From contig NW_027590501.1 of NCBI RefSeq assembly GCF_964213995.1, forward strand, positions 1 through 64,000: a stretch of 64,000 nucleotides of DNA, in the 5' to 3' direction. The stretch is from Mustelus asterias. Lineage: Eukaryota. Positions 48,898 through 60,792 of the stretch are shown here, one piece after another. How positions within the stretch are numbered: position 1 is the stretch's first letter; each line of letters starts with the position of its first letter. The notes under the pieces are model-generated. The model was not told where the DNA came from, ran no database searches, and worked only from the letters and a program-made list of their open reading frames with translations. The position numbers and the translations under genes are program-made.

Positions 48898-49082
48898 ATT
48901 CCATTGTGACCTCACACTCCGACCCATTCCATTGTGACGTCACACTCCCACCCATTCCATTGTGACGTCACACTCTCACCCATTCCATTGTGATGTCACA
49001 CTCTCACCCATTCCATTGTGACGTCACACTCTCACCCATTCCATTGTGATGTCACACCCTCACCCATTCCATTGTGACATCA
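48895..49082. repeat. 28-bp minisatellite (about 6.7 copies) carrying the CRE palindrome TGTGACGTCACA
   Basis: Unit cccattccattgtgacgtcacactctca at 48895, 48923, 48951, 48979, 49007, 49035 and 49063. Confidence 0.95.
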
Positions 49083-49319
49083 GGGCTTCACTCTCCGATC
49101 ACAATCCCTGCCGGCCTCCCACATGCAGCCTCAATGGCGGCAGTCAGCCCGGGTCTAACACTACAAGCTGCCGCTCCATTTGGTACAAAGGGGGGGAACC
49201 GGGAAGTTCATTTCCGGGGTTTGGGTTTGAACAACATGTTTACAAAGTCTCTCCACCCACCCGCCACATTTATCATTCCCCGCACGCCGCCCTCTACCTT
49301 GTATTGATCTCGCTTCCAA

Positions 49320-49700
49320 GTTGAAACCGTCCGTCCGTCGCCATTACCCGCACTGCGCATGCTTCAGGTCCCGCCCCATTCACTCCGATTGGTTGGAGGA
49401 CCAGCCGCTCCCGCTCGGTCCTCCAGTCCAGCCCCCTCTTCCTATTGGTCCGGAGCTGGCGTCAATCAGCTCCCGGGCATTGTGATGTGGAGCATGCGCA
49501 GTGTCATTGCTGGCCTTGGCGCTTGTTTGTCCCGGAGAAGCGGAGTCAGCGTTAGGCGGTGGCTGGGAGGATTTGGAAACACTTTGTGGATCCGCAAACC
49601 CTTCAGAATCATTGTCAGCTCCCTGGTTTGCAGCTGCGGGGCTTCTCCCTCCCGGGAACAGGCCCAGGTTAGCGGCCCCATCCTGGCTCAGCCACTGGAG
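49320..49700 (+). promoter_or_regulatory. CpG-island promoter / first exon region of ZNF-B
   Basis: CpG-rich; NRF1-like TGCGCATGC (49354-49362) and GCATGCGCA (49492-49500); two ATTGG boxes; lies about 0.5 kb upstream of the acceptor at 50129. Confidence 0.65.
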
Positions 49701-50487
49701 GATGGTTCACATCAGAGGATGGGGGAGGGGGACAATAAATAAGAGGTTACACTTTGGCCTCAAATCAATGAGGGTTCTGATCTCTGGGAAGGAAGGAAAC
49801 CCTGGGAGGTGGGCGGGAGGGATTCACAAACACCCGCTGGAGGCCCCAACACCCCCAATAAGACCCATTGGTTTTATTGTCAGTCTGCAGACAGGAGCTG
49901 GAGAACTGAACCCAGACAGAGGAGAGGGAGGGAGAAAACTGGGAGTGGAGGAAAGAAATGGTGAGATGGGTTTGGATTTCAGCCCAGGGAGGAGGGAGAG
50001 TGTGTGGGACGGAGATTTACAGATTTGGGGGAACAAGAGAGGAAAAAATGTTCCAGACGAACTAGAATTGTCTGTTCAGAGTTTGTATCGTGTTCTGACA
50101 GTGATGACTTTTCTAAACTGTTTTTACAGGATATTGGAAGTGAAAGATTGGCAGACAGAAAATTCAAACCGGACATCACATCTGACAAAGTCATTCAGTT
50201 CCTTCGGAGCTGAATATCATTGGTCTTTGAATATAGAAAGATAAATATTTGTCTGTTCTGCCTGTGGGCAAAGAAATTAAACATCAGTGTGACCGGAAAA
50301 GCATCGAGACAAACACACACCCGAGTGAGAGTGTTCCAGTGAACTGAATGTGGAAAGAGCTTTAACCAGTTACACAGCCTGAAAAAACATCACAGTTCAC
50401 AGCAGGGTGAAACTACGTGTATGTTGTGTGTGTGGATGAGGCTTGAACTGATCATCCAACCTGGAGAAACACAAGGACACCCGCACC

Positions 50488-51468
50488 ATGGAGAAACCGT
50501 GGAAATGTGTGGATTGTGGGAAGGGATTCGGTTTCCCATCACAACTGGAAGTTCATCGGCGCAGTCACACTGGGGAGAGACCGTTCACCTGCTCCGTCTG
50601 TGGGAAGGGATTCACCCATTCATACAACCTTCTGACTCACCAACGGGTTCACACTGGGGAGAGGCCGTTCACCTGCCCTCTGTGTGGGAAGGGATTCACT
50701 CGCTCATCCCACATTGTGACACACCAACTTGTTCACACTGATGAGAGAATGTTTACATGTTCTGACTGTGAGAAGAGTTTTAAATGCAAAAAGGATCTGC
50801 TGACACACCAACGAATTCACACTGGGGAGAGACCGTTCACCTGCTCTGTGTGTGGGAAAGGATTCATTCAGTCATCCCACTTGCAGACACATCAACTTGT
50901 TCACTCTGATAACAAACTTTTTAATTGTTCCCACTGTGAGAAGAGCTTTAAAAATAAAAAGGATCTGCTAACGCACCAATATGCTCACACTGGGGAGAGG
51001 CCATTCACCTGCTGTGTGTGTGGGAAGGGATTCAGCCGTCCATCTGCCCTATTGAACCACCAGAGAATTCACACTGGGGAGAGGCCCTTCACCTGCTCAG
51101 ACTGTGGGAAGGGATTCACTCGTTCATCCAACTTATTGAATCACCAGCGAGTTCACACTGGGGAGAGGCCGTTCACCTGCTCTGTGTGTGGGAAGGGATT
51201 CAGTCAGTCATCCAACCTGCTGACACACCAGAAAGTTCACAGTGCGGAGAGGCCATTTACCTGCTCTGTCTGTGGGAAGGGATTTTCTCATTTATCTTAT
51301 CTTCTGAAACACCAGCGAGTTCACACTGGGGAGAGGCCGTTCACCTGTAATGTCTGTGGAAAGGGATTTATTCAGTCATCCCACCTGCTAACACACCAGC
51401 GAGTTCACAAACGACTGCAAGGTTTGGATTCTACTCTTAATGATGCTGTTAATCATATCCAGGACTGA
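50488..51468 (+). CDS. C2H2 zinc-finger protein, 11 tandem fingers, no effector domain (ZNF-B)
   Basis: 326-aa uninterrupted ORF, accATGG start, canonical linkers; acceptor ttttacag at 50129; AATAAA at 51516-51521. Confidence 0.92.
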   Translation: MEKPWKCVDCGKGFGFPSQLEVHRRSHTGERPFTCSVCGKGFTHSYNLLTHQRVHTGERPFTCPLCGKGFTRSSHIVTHQLVHTDERMFTCSDCEKSFKCKKDLLTHQRIHTGERPFTCSVCGKGFIQSSHLQTHQLVHSDNKLFNCSHCEKSFKNKKDLLTHQYAHTGERPFTCCVCGKGFSRPSALLNHQRIHTGERPFTCSDCGKGFTRSSNLLNHQRVHTGERPFTCSVCGKGFSQSSNLLTHQKVHSAERPFTCSVCGKGFSHLSYLLKHQRVHTGERPFTCNVCGKGFIQSSHLLTHQRVHKRLQGLDSTLNDAVNHIQD

Positions 51469-52534
51469 ATCGTGTTCACTCTGACAGTCTTCATCCGTTG
51501 AGGTTTAATATTCTGAATAAATATGAAATAGACCAGCTTTGTTTTTTAAAATTGTTGTAGATTTTTGTTTAACATCACCAGGCTGGAGCTCAGAAAAGAC
51601 AATCGGGGGTGGATCATATGGCAAACAGGACGCAGTCCTTCAGGGTCACAGAGGGACAAACAGCACTTTGCTCTTCCTCGTCTCTCTTCACGACAGCAAA
51701 GTACCCGTGTGGTTTAATCCTGAGATGTGCAAGAATCTCAGTCACTCCCTTCTATGTTTCAGCGCTCCTAGACCAGGAACAGAAGTTCCTTTACAACTGT
51801 GTTTAGAGTCAGGAAGAACAACAGTGAATGCTGGAAGCATGCTGCTAAATCAGAGATTGGTGCAAAACTGGGATCTGTTCCTGACTGAGAGTGAAATGGC
51901 AGGATTAGATTTCCAGACTGAAAATGCAGAAAAGTCTAAAATATTTTAATGTGTTTGTGTGTCAGTGCCAGTTTATTGAACAGAAACCAGCTCAAAATAA
52001 ATTGGTTAAAGTCTGCATTAAAGTAGCAGCTGGAGAGTTCAAAGGAACCTGTTATCTGCTGGGACAATTAGACAACAATTTGATTCCCACTGAGACCCAC
52101 AGTGAATGAGGCTCCCGCGGGCCTCATACAAAAAGTGACGCAGACGTTTCAGGGTCAGAGAAAAAGAGTCGGATCTCAACGAAAATGCGCAGGAAATGAA
52201 GGCCACAATACAGCCCCAGCTGAATAATATTCCCCCACTGAGCTCAGCCATTGTCAGTGTTGTGAAATGTCACATTTGCCATCCTATTATTCCCGGATCA
52301 AATCCAACCATTCTCCGATCCCATCCGCACAAAATCTGCAGATTACCCCGGGTGAATAACTTCCTTAATCTGTACTTAGAAAAATTCTGGATTCGGTGCC
52401 TATCTGCCCGGCGACACATTTTAAAAGTGATCTATTATCAAATGCAGCCTCAGAATTGTTCCATTTTCAAGTCCGTGGAGCAGAAATAATAACTGATTGA
52501 AATCAGAGCTTTTCTATTTGGGGAATAGAGGGGT

Positions 52535-52980
52535 ACAGTGAAGATTTACTATGCTGATTCCTGGGATGGCAGCTCTGTCATATGAGGAGAGATTAAATCC
52601 GTTAGGATTATATTCACTGCGGTTTCGAATAGTGAGAGGGGGTCTCATAGAAACTTATAAAATTCTAACAGGGTTCGACAGGGTAGATCCAGAAGACTGT
52701 TCCCAATGGTGGAATCCAGAACCATGGGTCATCTTTTGAAGATAAGGGAAAAACTGAGGTGAAGGGAAATTCCTTCATCCAGAGAGTGTTGAATGTATGG
52801 AATTCAATACCACCGAATGTAGTTGAGGCCAAAACGTTGTCTGATTTCAAGAAGAAATTTGATATAGCTCTTGGGGCTAAAGGGGTCGAGGGGGAAGGAG
52901 GATCAGGATATTGAATTCCATGATCAGCTATGATTACGATGAATGGCGGAGAAGGCTCCTGCTTCTAGTTTCTATGTTAT
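52535..52980 (+). mobile_element. CR1 3' fragment
   Basis: LIPGMAALSYEERL..LGLYSL; FIQRVLNVWNS. Confidence 0.8.
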
Positions 52981-53109
52981 GAGTCCGTGAAATATTTCCT
53001 GGTGCAGAGTTGAGTGACTACTTATCCCCGGTATACTTACAGCACTAACTATTAATTATGTTGAGTCCTGGATGCTACTCATTAATCCCTGTACGTTAGG
53101 CTGCTGAAT

Positions 53110-53408
53110 CATTGAATCCCGACAATGCAGGATGGAGCCTGTCCCGACAACAATCCCACCCAGGCCCTATCCCCGTAACCCACATATTTACCCTGCTATC
53201 CCCTGACACTTAGGGTAATTTTGCGTGGCCAATCCAGCAAACCTGCACAGTTTAGGAATGTGGAGGGAAACTGGAGCACCTGAGGAAACCCACGCAGACA
53301 CGGTGAGAAAGTGCAAACTCCACAGAGACAGTGACCCGAGGCTGGAATCGAACCCGTGTCCCTGGGGCTGTGAGGCAACAATGCGAACCACTGCGCCACC
53401 GTGTCACC
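53110..53408 (-). mobile_element. HE1-like V-SINE
   Basis: Head ggtggcgcagtggttcgcattgttgcctcacagc and V-domain. Confidence 0.85.
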
Positions 53409-53635
53409 CATAAATGATTAAATTAGAAAAAAGGATCTGCCTTAAGAAAGATTGATGGACTGAGTTCTGAGGAAAGCGAGTTAACCAGTTAATGAGACAG
53501 AATAAGTGATGATGTGGGAGAGAGCAGAGAGAGAGCAAAGACTTTAGAAATAAGTTTACGGCCAGGGAAGGAATGTGATTGGAAAGTGCCAGCTATATTA
53601 AATCATTAACTAACAGTGATTGGTTCACTGGTTAC

Positions 53636-53958
53636 GGGGCGGCATGATGCCACAATGGTCAGCGCTGCTGTCTCACAGTGTCAGGGACCCGGGTTCAATT
53701 CCGGCTTCGGATCACTTTCTGTCTGAGTTTGCATGTTCTCCCAGTGTCTACGTGGGTCCCCTTCGGGTTCTCCTGTTTCCTCCCACAGTCCAAAGATGTG
53801 CAGGTTAGGTTGATTGGCCATGCTAAATTGACCCGAGCGTCAGGGGATACGCAGGGTAAATACATGGAGTTGCGGGAGTGGAGCCTGGGTGGTATTGTGA
53901 CCGGTATAGACTCGATGGGGCGAATGGCCTCCTTCTGCACTGCAGGGATTTTATGATT
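53636..53958 (+). mobile_element. HE1-like V-SINE
   Basis: Head, V-domain and atggcctccttctgcactg tail. Confidence 0.85.
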
Positions 53959-53961
53959 CGC

Positions 53962-54125
53962 AGCTGACGTCAGCTCAGGGAGATGAGCCAATCGCAGCAC
54001 TGAGAAACGCCTCCCTGTTTCTGAATACTTGAAGCTGCCTCTGATCTGAGTTCACTCTGTGATATAAGACTAGAGGCAGCAACTTATTGTAAACATTGTC
54101 GCTGCTTACTGTCCAATCAGGAACC
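53962..54125 (+). promoter_or_regulatory. Putative V-segment promoter (CRE, CCAAT, TATA-like)
   Basis: AGCTGACGTCAGCT palindrome 53962-53975, CCAAT 53988-53992, TATAA 54063-54067, 60-160 bp upstream of the ATG. Confidence 0.65.
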
Positions 54126-54563
54126 ATGTATCTCCTGTGTGCTTTACTGATAACAATGACCACGCTGCCCGGTGAGTCTGAGCTCAGATCCTCAGTGTGT
54201 GTTTCATGGGTTATATTTGTTCACAGATTTCTCACACATTCTACATTTTGTTGCAGGAATCAATGGCCAAGATTCAGTTTCCCAGGACCCGGCTGAATTA
54301 ACGGTTCAGGAAGGATTGAACGTAATAGTGAATTGTAATTACACAACAACGGATGCTTTTCCAAATCTCTTCTGGTACATCCAGTATCCCGGGGAAGCTC
54401 CGAGATATTTACTGCAGAAATATAGCACGGGGGGCGGAGAAAAGTCTCCAGATTTCCCTGACCGGTTTTCTGCTGATTTGGACAAGGACAAGAAAACAGT
54501 TCCTTTAAATATCACTGGGGTCCATGTCTCTGACTCTGCCGTGTATCACTGTGCGCTGAGCCC
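54126..54563 (+). CDS. T-cell receptor alpha/delta-type variable (V) gene segment: leader exon 54126-54171, intron 54172-54256, V exon 54257-54563
   Basis: Leader MYLLCALLITMTTLP ending G|GTGAGT; acceptor ttgcag; V domain DSVSQ...VNC...LFWYIQYPGEAPRYLL...DRFSA...SDSAVYHCALS with both Cys and the Trp; no stops; followed by an RSS. Confidence 0.92.
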
Positions 54564-54602
54564 CACACTGTTACAAAGGCGCAGTGAGCCCGTACAAAAA
54601 CC
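54564..54602 (+). other. Recombination signal sequence with 23-bp spacer
   Basis: Heptamer CACACTG (54564-54570, one mismatch to CACAGTG), 23-nt spacer, perfect nonamer ACAAAAACC (54594-54602). Confidence 0.95.
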
Positions 54603-54799
54603 TGCAAAGGCACTCTCACCTCCTCTCACTGAATCAGATCTGTGACCTGGATTGTGAACTGTTAATACAAACAGAACAATTGTATAACGAAGAGTTAGTC
54701 CGAATGTTCTCATTCCATGGTGCTGAATGTGCCATTCTTGTTTAAACACTCTGCAATGCTGAGACTGGGAGAAGTGAACAACAGGGGGCAGCATTGCAG

Positions 54800-55895
54800 C
54801 TTCCATTTTACTATTATTCCTTCCAAAGTGGATAAGCTCACACTTACCAACGCTATACTCCATCTGCCAGATCCTCGCCCACTCACTTAGCCTATCCAAA
54901 TCTCTCTGCAGACTTACCGCATCCTCCACGCAATTCACTTTCCCACTCATCTTTGTGTCATCCGCAAACTTTGTTACCCAACACTCGGTCCCCTCCTCCA
55001 GATCGTCTATGCATATGGTAAATACTTGAGGCCCCAGCACCAATCCCTGTGGCACGCCACTAGTCACCAACTGCCAACCAGAAAAGCACCCATTTATTCC
55101 AACTCTCTGCTTCCTGTTAGATAGCCAATCCCCAATCCACGCTAACACTTTACCCCTAACTCCGTGCACCCTGATTTTCTGCAGCAACCTTTTGTGAGGC
55201 ACCTTATCGAACGCCTTCTGGAAATCCAAAAACACCACATCCACTGGTTCCCCTCTGTCAACCGCACTCGTTACATCAACATAAAAATCCAGTAAATTTG
55301 TCAAACACGACTTTCCCTTCATGAATCCATGCTGCGTCTGTTTGATCAAACCATTTTTTTCCAGGTGTCCTGCTATTTCTTCCTTAATGATGAATTCCAG
55401 CAATTTCCCAACTACGGACGTTAAGCTAACCGGCCTGTAGTTACCCGCCTTTTGTCTACCTCCTTTTTTAAACAGTGGCGTCACATTAGCTGTTTTCCAA
55501 TCAGCCGGCACTTCCCCAGAGTCCAGCGTATTTTGATAAATTACAACCAACGCATCCTCTATTACTTCTGCCATTTCTTTCAGTCCCCTGGGATGCATTC
55601 CATCCGGGCCCGGGGACTTGTCTACCTTTAGTCCCATTAGCCTCCCAAGCACTACCTCTTTAGTAATAGTAATCATTTTAAGGACCTCATCCCCTACAGT
55701 CCCATGACCGTCAATTTTCGGTAAGCTATTTGTGTCCTCTACCGTGAAGACTGATACAAAAAACTTGTTTAAGGCCTCAGCCATTTCCTCGTTTCCCATT
55801 ATTAAATCCCCCTTCTCATCTACTAAGGGTCCAACATTTACTTTAGCTACTCTTTTCCTTTTTATATATTTGTAAAAACTTTTACTATCTCTCTG
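54800..55895 (-). mobile_element. CR1 ORF2 RT internal segment, open frame
   Basis: Part of ORF 54546-56156: [35 protein letters not shown]. Confidence 0.92.
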
Positions 55896-55896
55896 T

Positions 55897-56112
55897 CCCT
55901 CCCCCCCCCCTGGGCTTTGCCCCCCCCCCCCCCCTGGGCTTTGCCCCCCCCCCTGGGCTTTGCCCCCCCCCCCACGGGCTTTGCCCCCCCCCCCGGGCTT
56001 TGCCCCCCCCCGGGCTTTGCCCCCCCCCCCGGGCTTTGCCCCCCCCGGGCTTTGCCCCCCCTGGGCATTGCCCCCCCCCGAGCATTGCCCCCCCCCGAGC
56101 ATTGCCCCCCCA
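55897..56112. repeat. C/G-rich minisatellite (gggctttg + C7-C14), G-quadruplex-prone
   Basis: About 11 units between a SINE fragment and the CR1 segment. Confidence 0.9.
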
Positions 56113-56184
56113 ACCCACACATCCTGGGACACTAAGTGGCAATTGAGCATGGCCAATCAACCTAACCTGTACATCTTATAAACA

Positions 56185-56338
56185 GTAAGAAGTCTCACAA
56201 TACCAGGTTAAAGTCCAACAGGTTTATTTGATCGCACGAGCTTTCGGAGCACTGCTCCTTCATCAGGTGAATGGCCACTCACCTGATGAACCTGGTGTTG
56301 TGTGCCCACCCCAGTCCAACGCCGACATCTCCACGTCA
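56185..56338. mobile_element. Penelope-derived fold-back element
   Basis: gtaagaagtctcacaataccaggttaaagtccaacaggtttatttg...; same family as 36683-36896. Confidence 0.75.
56235..56269 (-). ncRNA. Minimal type I hammerhead ribozyme
   Basis: CAC-CTGATGA-A-GGAGC(AGT)GCTCC-GAAA-GC-TC-GTG: intact core, CUC cleavage triplet, palindromic stem III. Confidence 0.8.
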
Positions 56339-57075
56339 TCTTATGGACTGCAGATTGATTCTCTGTAGAATCCTGTTCTTTCTCTCTATCAACATTCCTC
56401 TGCAAGTTTTATTTCCTTCAAGTACCCATCCAATTTCATTTTGAAATGATTGAATCTTCTGTTCCACCATCCTCATAGGCAGCGAGTTCTAGATCATGTG
56501 CTCTCCCTACCTAAATATAAATCTTCCTCAAATCCCTGCTCTACCACTACTCAAGTAATGTCCTGTATGTTACACTTTTATCCAGTATTATAGACATCTG
56601 TCTGGCAGCCTGCATGGAGATTTTCAGCTCCCTGTGTCCAGGACAGGAAGCCGTGAGCATGGATCTGTCAATCAGCCTCAATCAGCACCTTCAGGAGAAT
56701 TGGGAGGGTGAATATTAGATACAGCAGAGTGAGAATTGAGGGAGAGTGTGTGGGATGGAGATTTACTGCGTTTGGGGAATGAGAGAGGAAAGAATGTTCC
56801 ATAGAAACTAGAATTGTCTGTTCTGAATTTCTGTCCTGTACTGACACTGATGAATTTTGTAATCTCCTTTTGCAGGATATCAGAAGGTGGGGATTTACAG
56901 ACAGAAATCTCGAATCAAACGTCACATCAACATCTGACAGACATTTGATTGATTGGGACCCGAATATCATTGGCCTTTCAATCTTGAAGGAGAAATCTTT
57001 TAATGTTCTGTCTGCGTCAGAATTTTTTATAACATAAATGTGACTGGAAATACACCAAGACACAGACACACCTGA

Positions 57076-57183
<108 letters not shown>

Positions 57184-57197
57184 TGAGATTTAATTGA

Positions 57198-57656
<459 letters not shown>

Positions 57657-58004
57657 TGACAGGGGTTGGATTCTGTTTTATTGCTGCTGTTAATCACATC
57701 CAGGACTGAACCATGTTCATTCTGACAGTTGGTGAAGTGGGAGGGTCGGAGGGTTTCTTTCTGCTGGACTGGCCGGTCTCACGACTTTGCTTCTAGTTCG
57801 CTGATGCTCTTTGAGCCTGGGAGAGCACATTGCCACTGAAATGATCCACAAAAGCTGATGAAGGACATTTATTTTATCCTGGATAGTAAATAGTGTTTTT
57901 CCTACCACTACAGGTAGATTTAAAATAAATACAGAAAGGACTGGAAAAACACAACACGTCTTGCAGCATCTGTGGAGAGAGAAACAGTGTTAATGTTTCA
58001 CACT

Positions 58005-58192
58005 ACTGGATTGGGAATCAATCTTGTAAACCTCCTCTGAACTGCTTCCAATGTATTTATATCCTTTGTTTAATAGGAGACAAAATTGTACCCTGTGTTC
58101 AAGGTGCAATCTCAGCAACGCCCTGCACAACTGAAGCATAACATCTTTACTTCTATGTTCAATTTCTCTCAGAATAAAGGATAACATTCCAT
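58005..58192 (-). mobile_element. Old CR1 fragment
   Basis: IEHRSKDVMLQLCRALLRLHLEH. Confidence 0.7.
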
Positions 58193-58512
58193 TTATAAGA
58201 ACTTTGATTTGTTTGAACTAAGATTTATGAGGGTTCTCTTGTTTACAATAACCTCCCCAATCGTAAATCACACCAGGTTCCAGTGACTTAATCATATGGC
58301 AAGAAAGAACACTTTAAATGGTGAATTCAGAAAGTTTATTAACCATTAAAAATGTAACGAGTCAGAAAGATAAAAAAGCAAAGTATCGATCAACAGCAAA
58401 AGGAGGAGAGCTTAACTTCAACTTCTCCATCCTTCTCAAACCAGGACATGAAGTGATGGCTCTGAAAACGTGGATAACTTGTAAAACTAACAGCTCTCAA
58501 CGTCTCTCTGTA

Positions 58513-58795
58513 GGGCACAGTGTGAGGCACTGCTGCCTCACAGCAGAGGGTTCGAGTCCCGGCTTGGGTCACTGGCTGTGCGGAGTTCGCCCATTCTCCC
58601 CGTGTCTGTGCAGGTTTCCTCTGGGTGCTCCGGTTTCCTCCCACAGTCCGAAAGACGTGCTGGTTGGGTACATTGGCCATGCTAAATTCTTCCTCAGTTT
58701 ACCCAAACAGGCACCAGAGTGTGGCGACTGGGGGATTATCAGAGTAACTTCATTGCAATGTTAATGTAAGTCTATGTGTGACACTAATAAACAAA
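58513..58795 (+). mobile_element. V-SINE with alternative tail
   Basis: V-domain followed by ...gtaacttcattgcaatgttaatgtaag...actaataaa. Confidence 0.8.
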
Positions 58796-59464
58796 CTATA
58801 AAAAAAGTTAACTTTTAAAAACTTCTACCAGATTGGTTTCTCGAATCCCCTTTTTTATACTTTCAAAATGTAGAAAGCCATCCTCAGCTAATTGTTAGGA
58901 ATTAGCCAATTGGTCTATAACTTGTCAATAATGAAATTGATTTGGTTTTTAGCTAATTGCACATATTGTCTTAATTTTAAGACATACCTTTCTCTCAAAC
59001 GATATCTCTTAGCTTGGGGTAGCCCAAGTGTTGACCGATAATTGGTTCACATCAGTCATTCAATGTTGAGACATCTTGAACAGGAGCCGATTCATTCCCT
59101 CCAGTCAAGGTTAACAAGTCCTTTCATCTTTCTTTATTCTGTCAGCATGGGAAGGGAACATCTTATAATTCCCACAGCATTTTAACCATTCTTAAAGTGT
59201 TTATAATTCTAAAAGTTATAAACCTGTGTTCAAATTTATATTTCCAGCCTTTATAACATATGTATTAATGAATCATTTATTATTTAATTGTCTCACAATT
59301 AATGCTGTCTATTTAACTAATCTGGCTGCTTTCCAATTGTGGGAACTTCAGGCCACAAAAAAGGTAGTTAGAGTCGTAGAGGTTTACAGCATGGAAACAG
59401 GCCTTTCGGCCCAACTTGTCCATGCTGCCCAGTTTTTACCACTAAGCTAGTCCTAATTGCCCTG

Positions 59465-59612
59465 GAATATTACTCATGATCTGTGCTTCCAAGCATTTTG
59501 AATGTGCATCTACAACAAGCAAAAACATGTGATTCATGAAAGGCCCCCCAAAGTCCACATGTAGTCTGGACCACGGCCTATCAGGCCACTCCCGAGGATG
59601 AAGTGGTAATGT
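59465..59612 (-). mobile_element. Gypsy LTR retrotransposon integrase fragment
   Basis: PLHPREWPDRPWSRLHVDFGGPFMNHMFLLVVDAHSK is the start of the rve core. Confidence 0.8.
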
Positions 59613-60304
59613 ACCCAGTGTGTTGTGGGGAATGAACTCAGAAGAATCATTCAACACTCAAACCTGATTCAATCGACAAACAGTTTATTGAGTTACGCCA
59701 GCGGGGAGAAGCCACAGGGGCTGACCATGTGCAACTCCACCCAATAAAGAATATCATCAATTCTTATCCAGTTACTCAGCCCATCCCGGCTGGACACAAT
59801 CCAATCAGAATGGTGATCGATTACATACATTATAGGTTCAATAAAATTAGTATCTGGGCATTATGGGGCTTTGTGATCATCTCATGGACAGATAGGTGCC
59901 CCCATCATGATGTTTTCCAGACCCCCTCGTCTACCATCCTTGGGGTTTTCTTTGTACATAGACTCAGTTTGAAAAGGGGTGGATTAAAAATTCTCAAATG
60001 GATGTCAGCACCCTTCCTTTGTTTCAATCTAATGACCACACGGTCTGGGAACATTTCTATTTAATAATCTCTCCTTTTAAACTCTGTTCTTCAGTATCCA
60101 ATTCCAGAATTTTCCTTTTCATTGTGTTAATTGTGTCAGGATTAAATCTTTGGACCTGACAGGAAGTTTAACCCAAGATCAATCCAACACAGGATTGGTC
60201 AGAATCGTTTCATATGTACCAAATTTTAAATAACTGAAGGGGGCGACCTTTATGCTTAATATCATGGATATTTTTACGTGTGTATATCAAATTTATTTTA
60301 AAAT

Positions 60305-60792
60305 ATTGTCAACAGTTCACAGCAATGCGATGACTCATGGAGAGGCTCCTTGCACCCCCTAATCACTTCAGACAGCCTTAATCACTTTAGACTCCAAGCA
60401 GGGAAACACAGACAATAGCTCAACTGATTAGATTATGCAAGAAGCTCAAATCACAAAGGGAGCCCTCCAGAAACAGATCAGCCCAGGGGAAATGGGATCA
60501 GCTCCACCTATCTATAATGGCTGTTTTAATATCTCGCTATTGTGCCACTGCTTTGTGTTATGAGCTGGTACTGATCATGTAACTTGTCGTAAATGTTGAA
60601 CCTATTACCATATGTTTGGCATGAAGTTCAAAACCCTATAAACTGTAAAGCGCATAATGGCCAGGCAGAGCAGTTGACGAGCAGCTGTCTCTCCCCAGGC
60701 CTGCGGTTTTGTTATTTTAAACAGAGAATAAAATTTGTGTTGCCTTTTTGTACTGTACTCATGTCTGCTTGTCTTTCATGCTGGTAGGAAGT
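60305..60792 (+). mobile_element. Possible solo LTR
   Basis: TATA-like ctataaa at about 60636, AATAAA at 60727, ends ...cttaca; 5' boundary uncertain. Confidence 0.3.

Noticed and set aside
48895-49082. Regularly spaced palindromic repeats resembling a CRISPR array
   Set aside because: Units are contiguous with no unique spacers, and the context is vertebrate; it is a minisatellite.
49501-50244. 247-aa ORF upstream of ZNF-B as an effector domain
   Set aside because: Spans the GC-rich promoter and intron, has no KRAB/SCAN/BTB motif, and stops before the finger ORF.
54172-54645. ORF-track 157-aa protein as the true V product
   Set aside because: It starts inside the intron and reads through the RSS; the real structure is the spliced leader plus V exon.
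54546-56156. 536-aa ORF, the longest in the window, as a novel Gly-rich RT fusion gene
   Set aside because: Chance read-through across a SINE fragment, a G-rich repeat and a CR1 RT segment; no endonuclease and no credible start.
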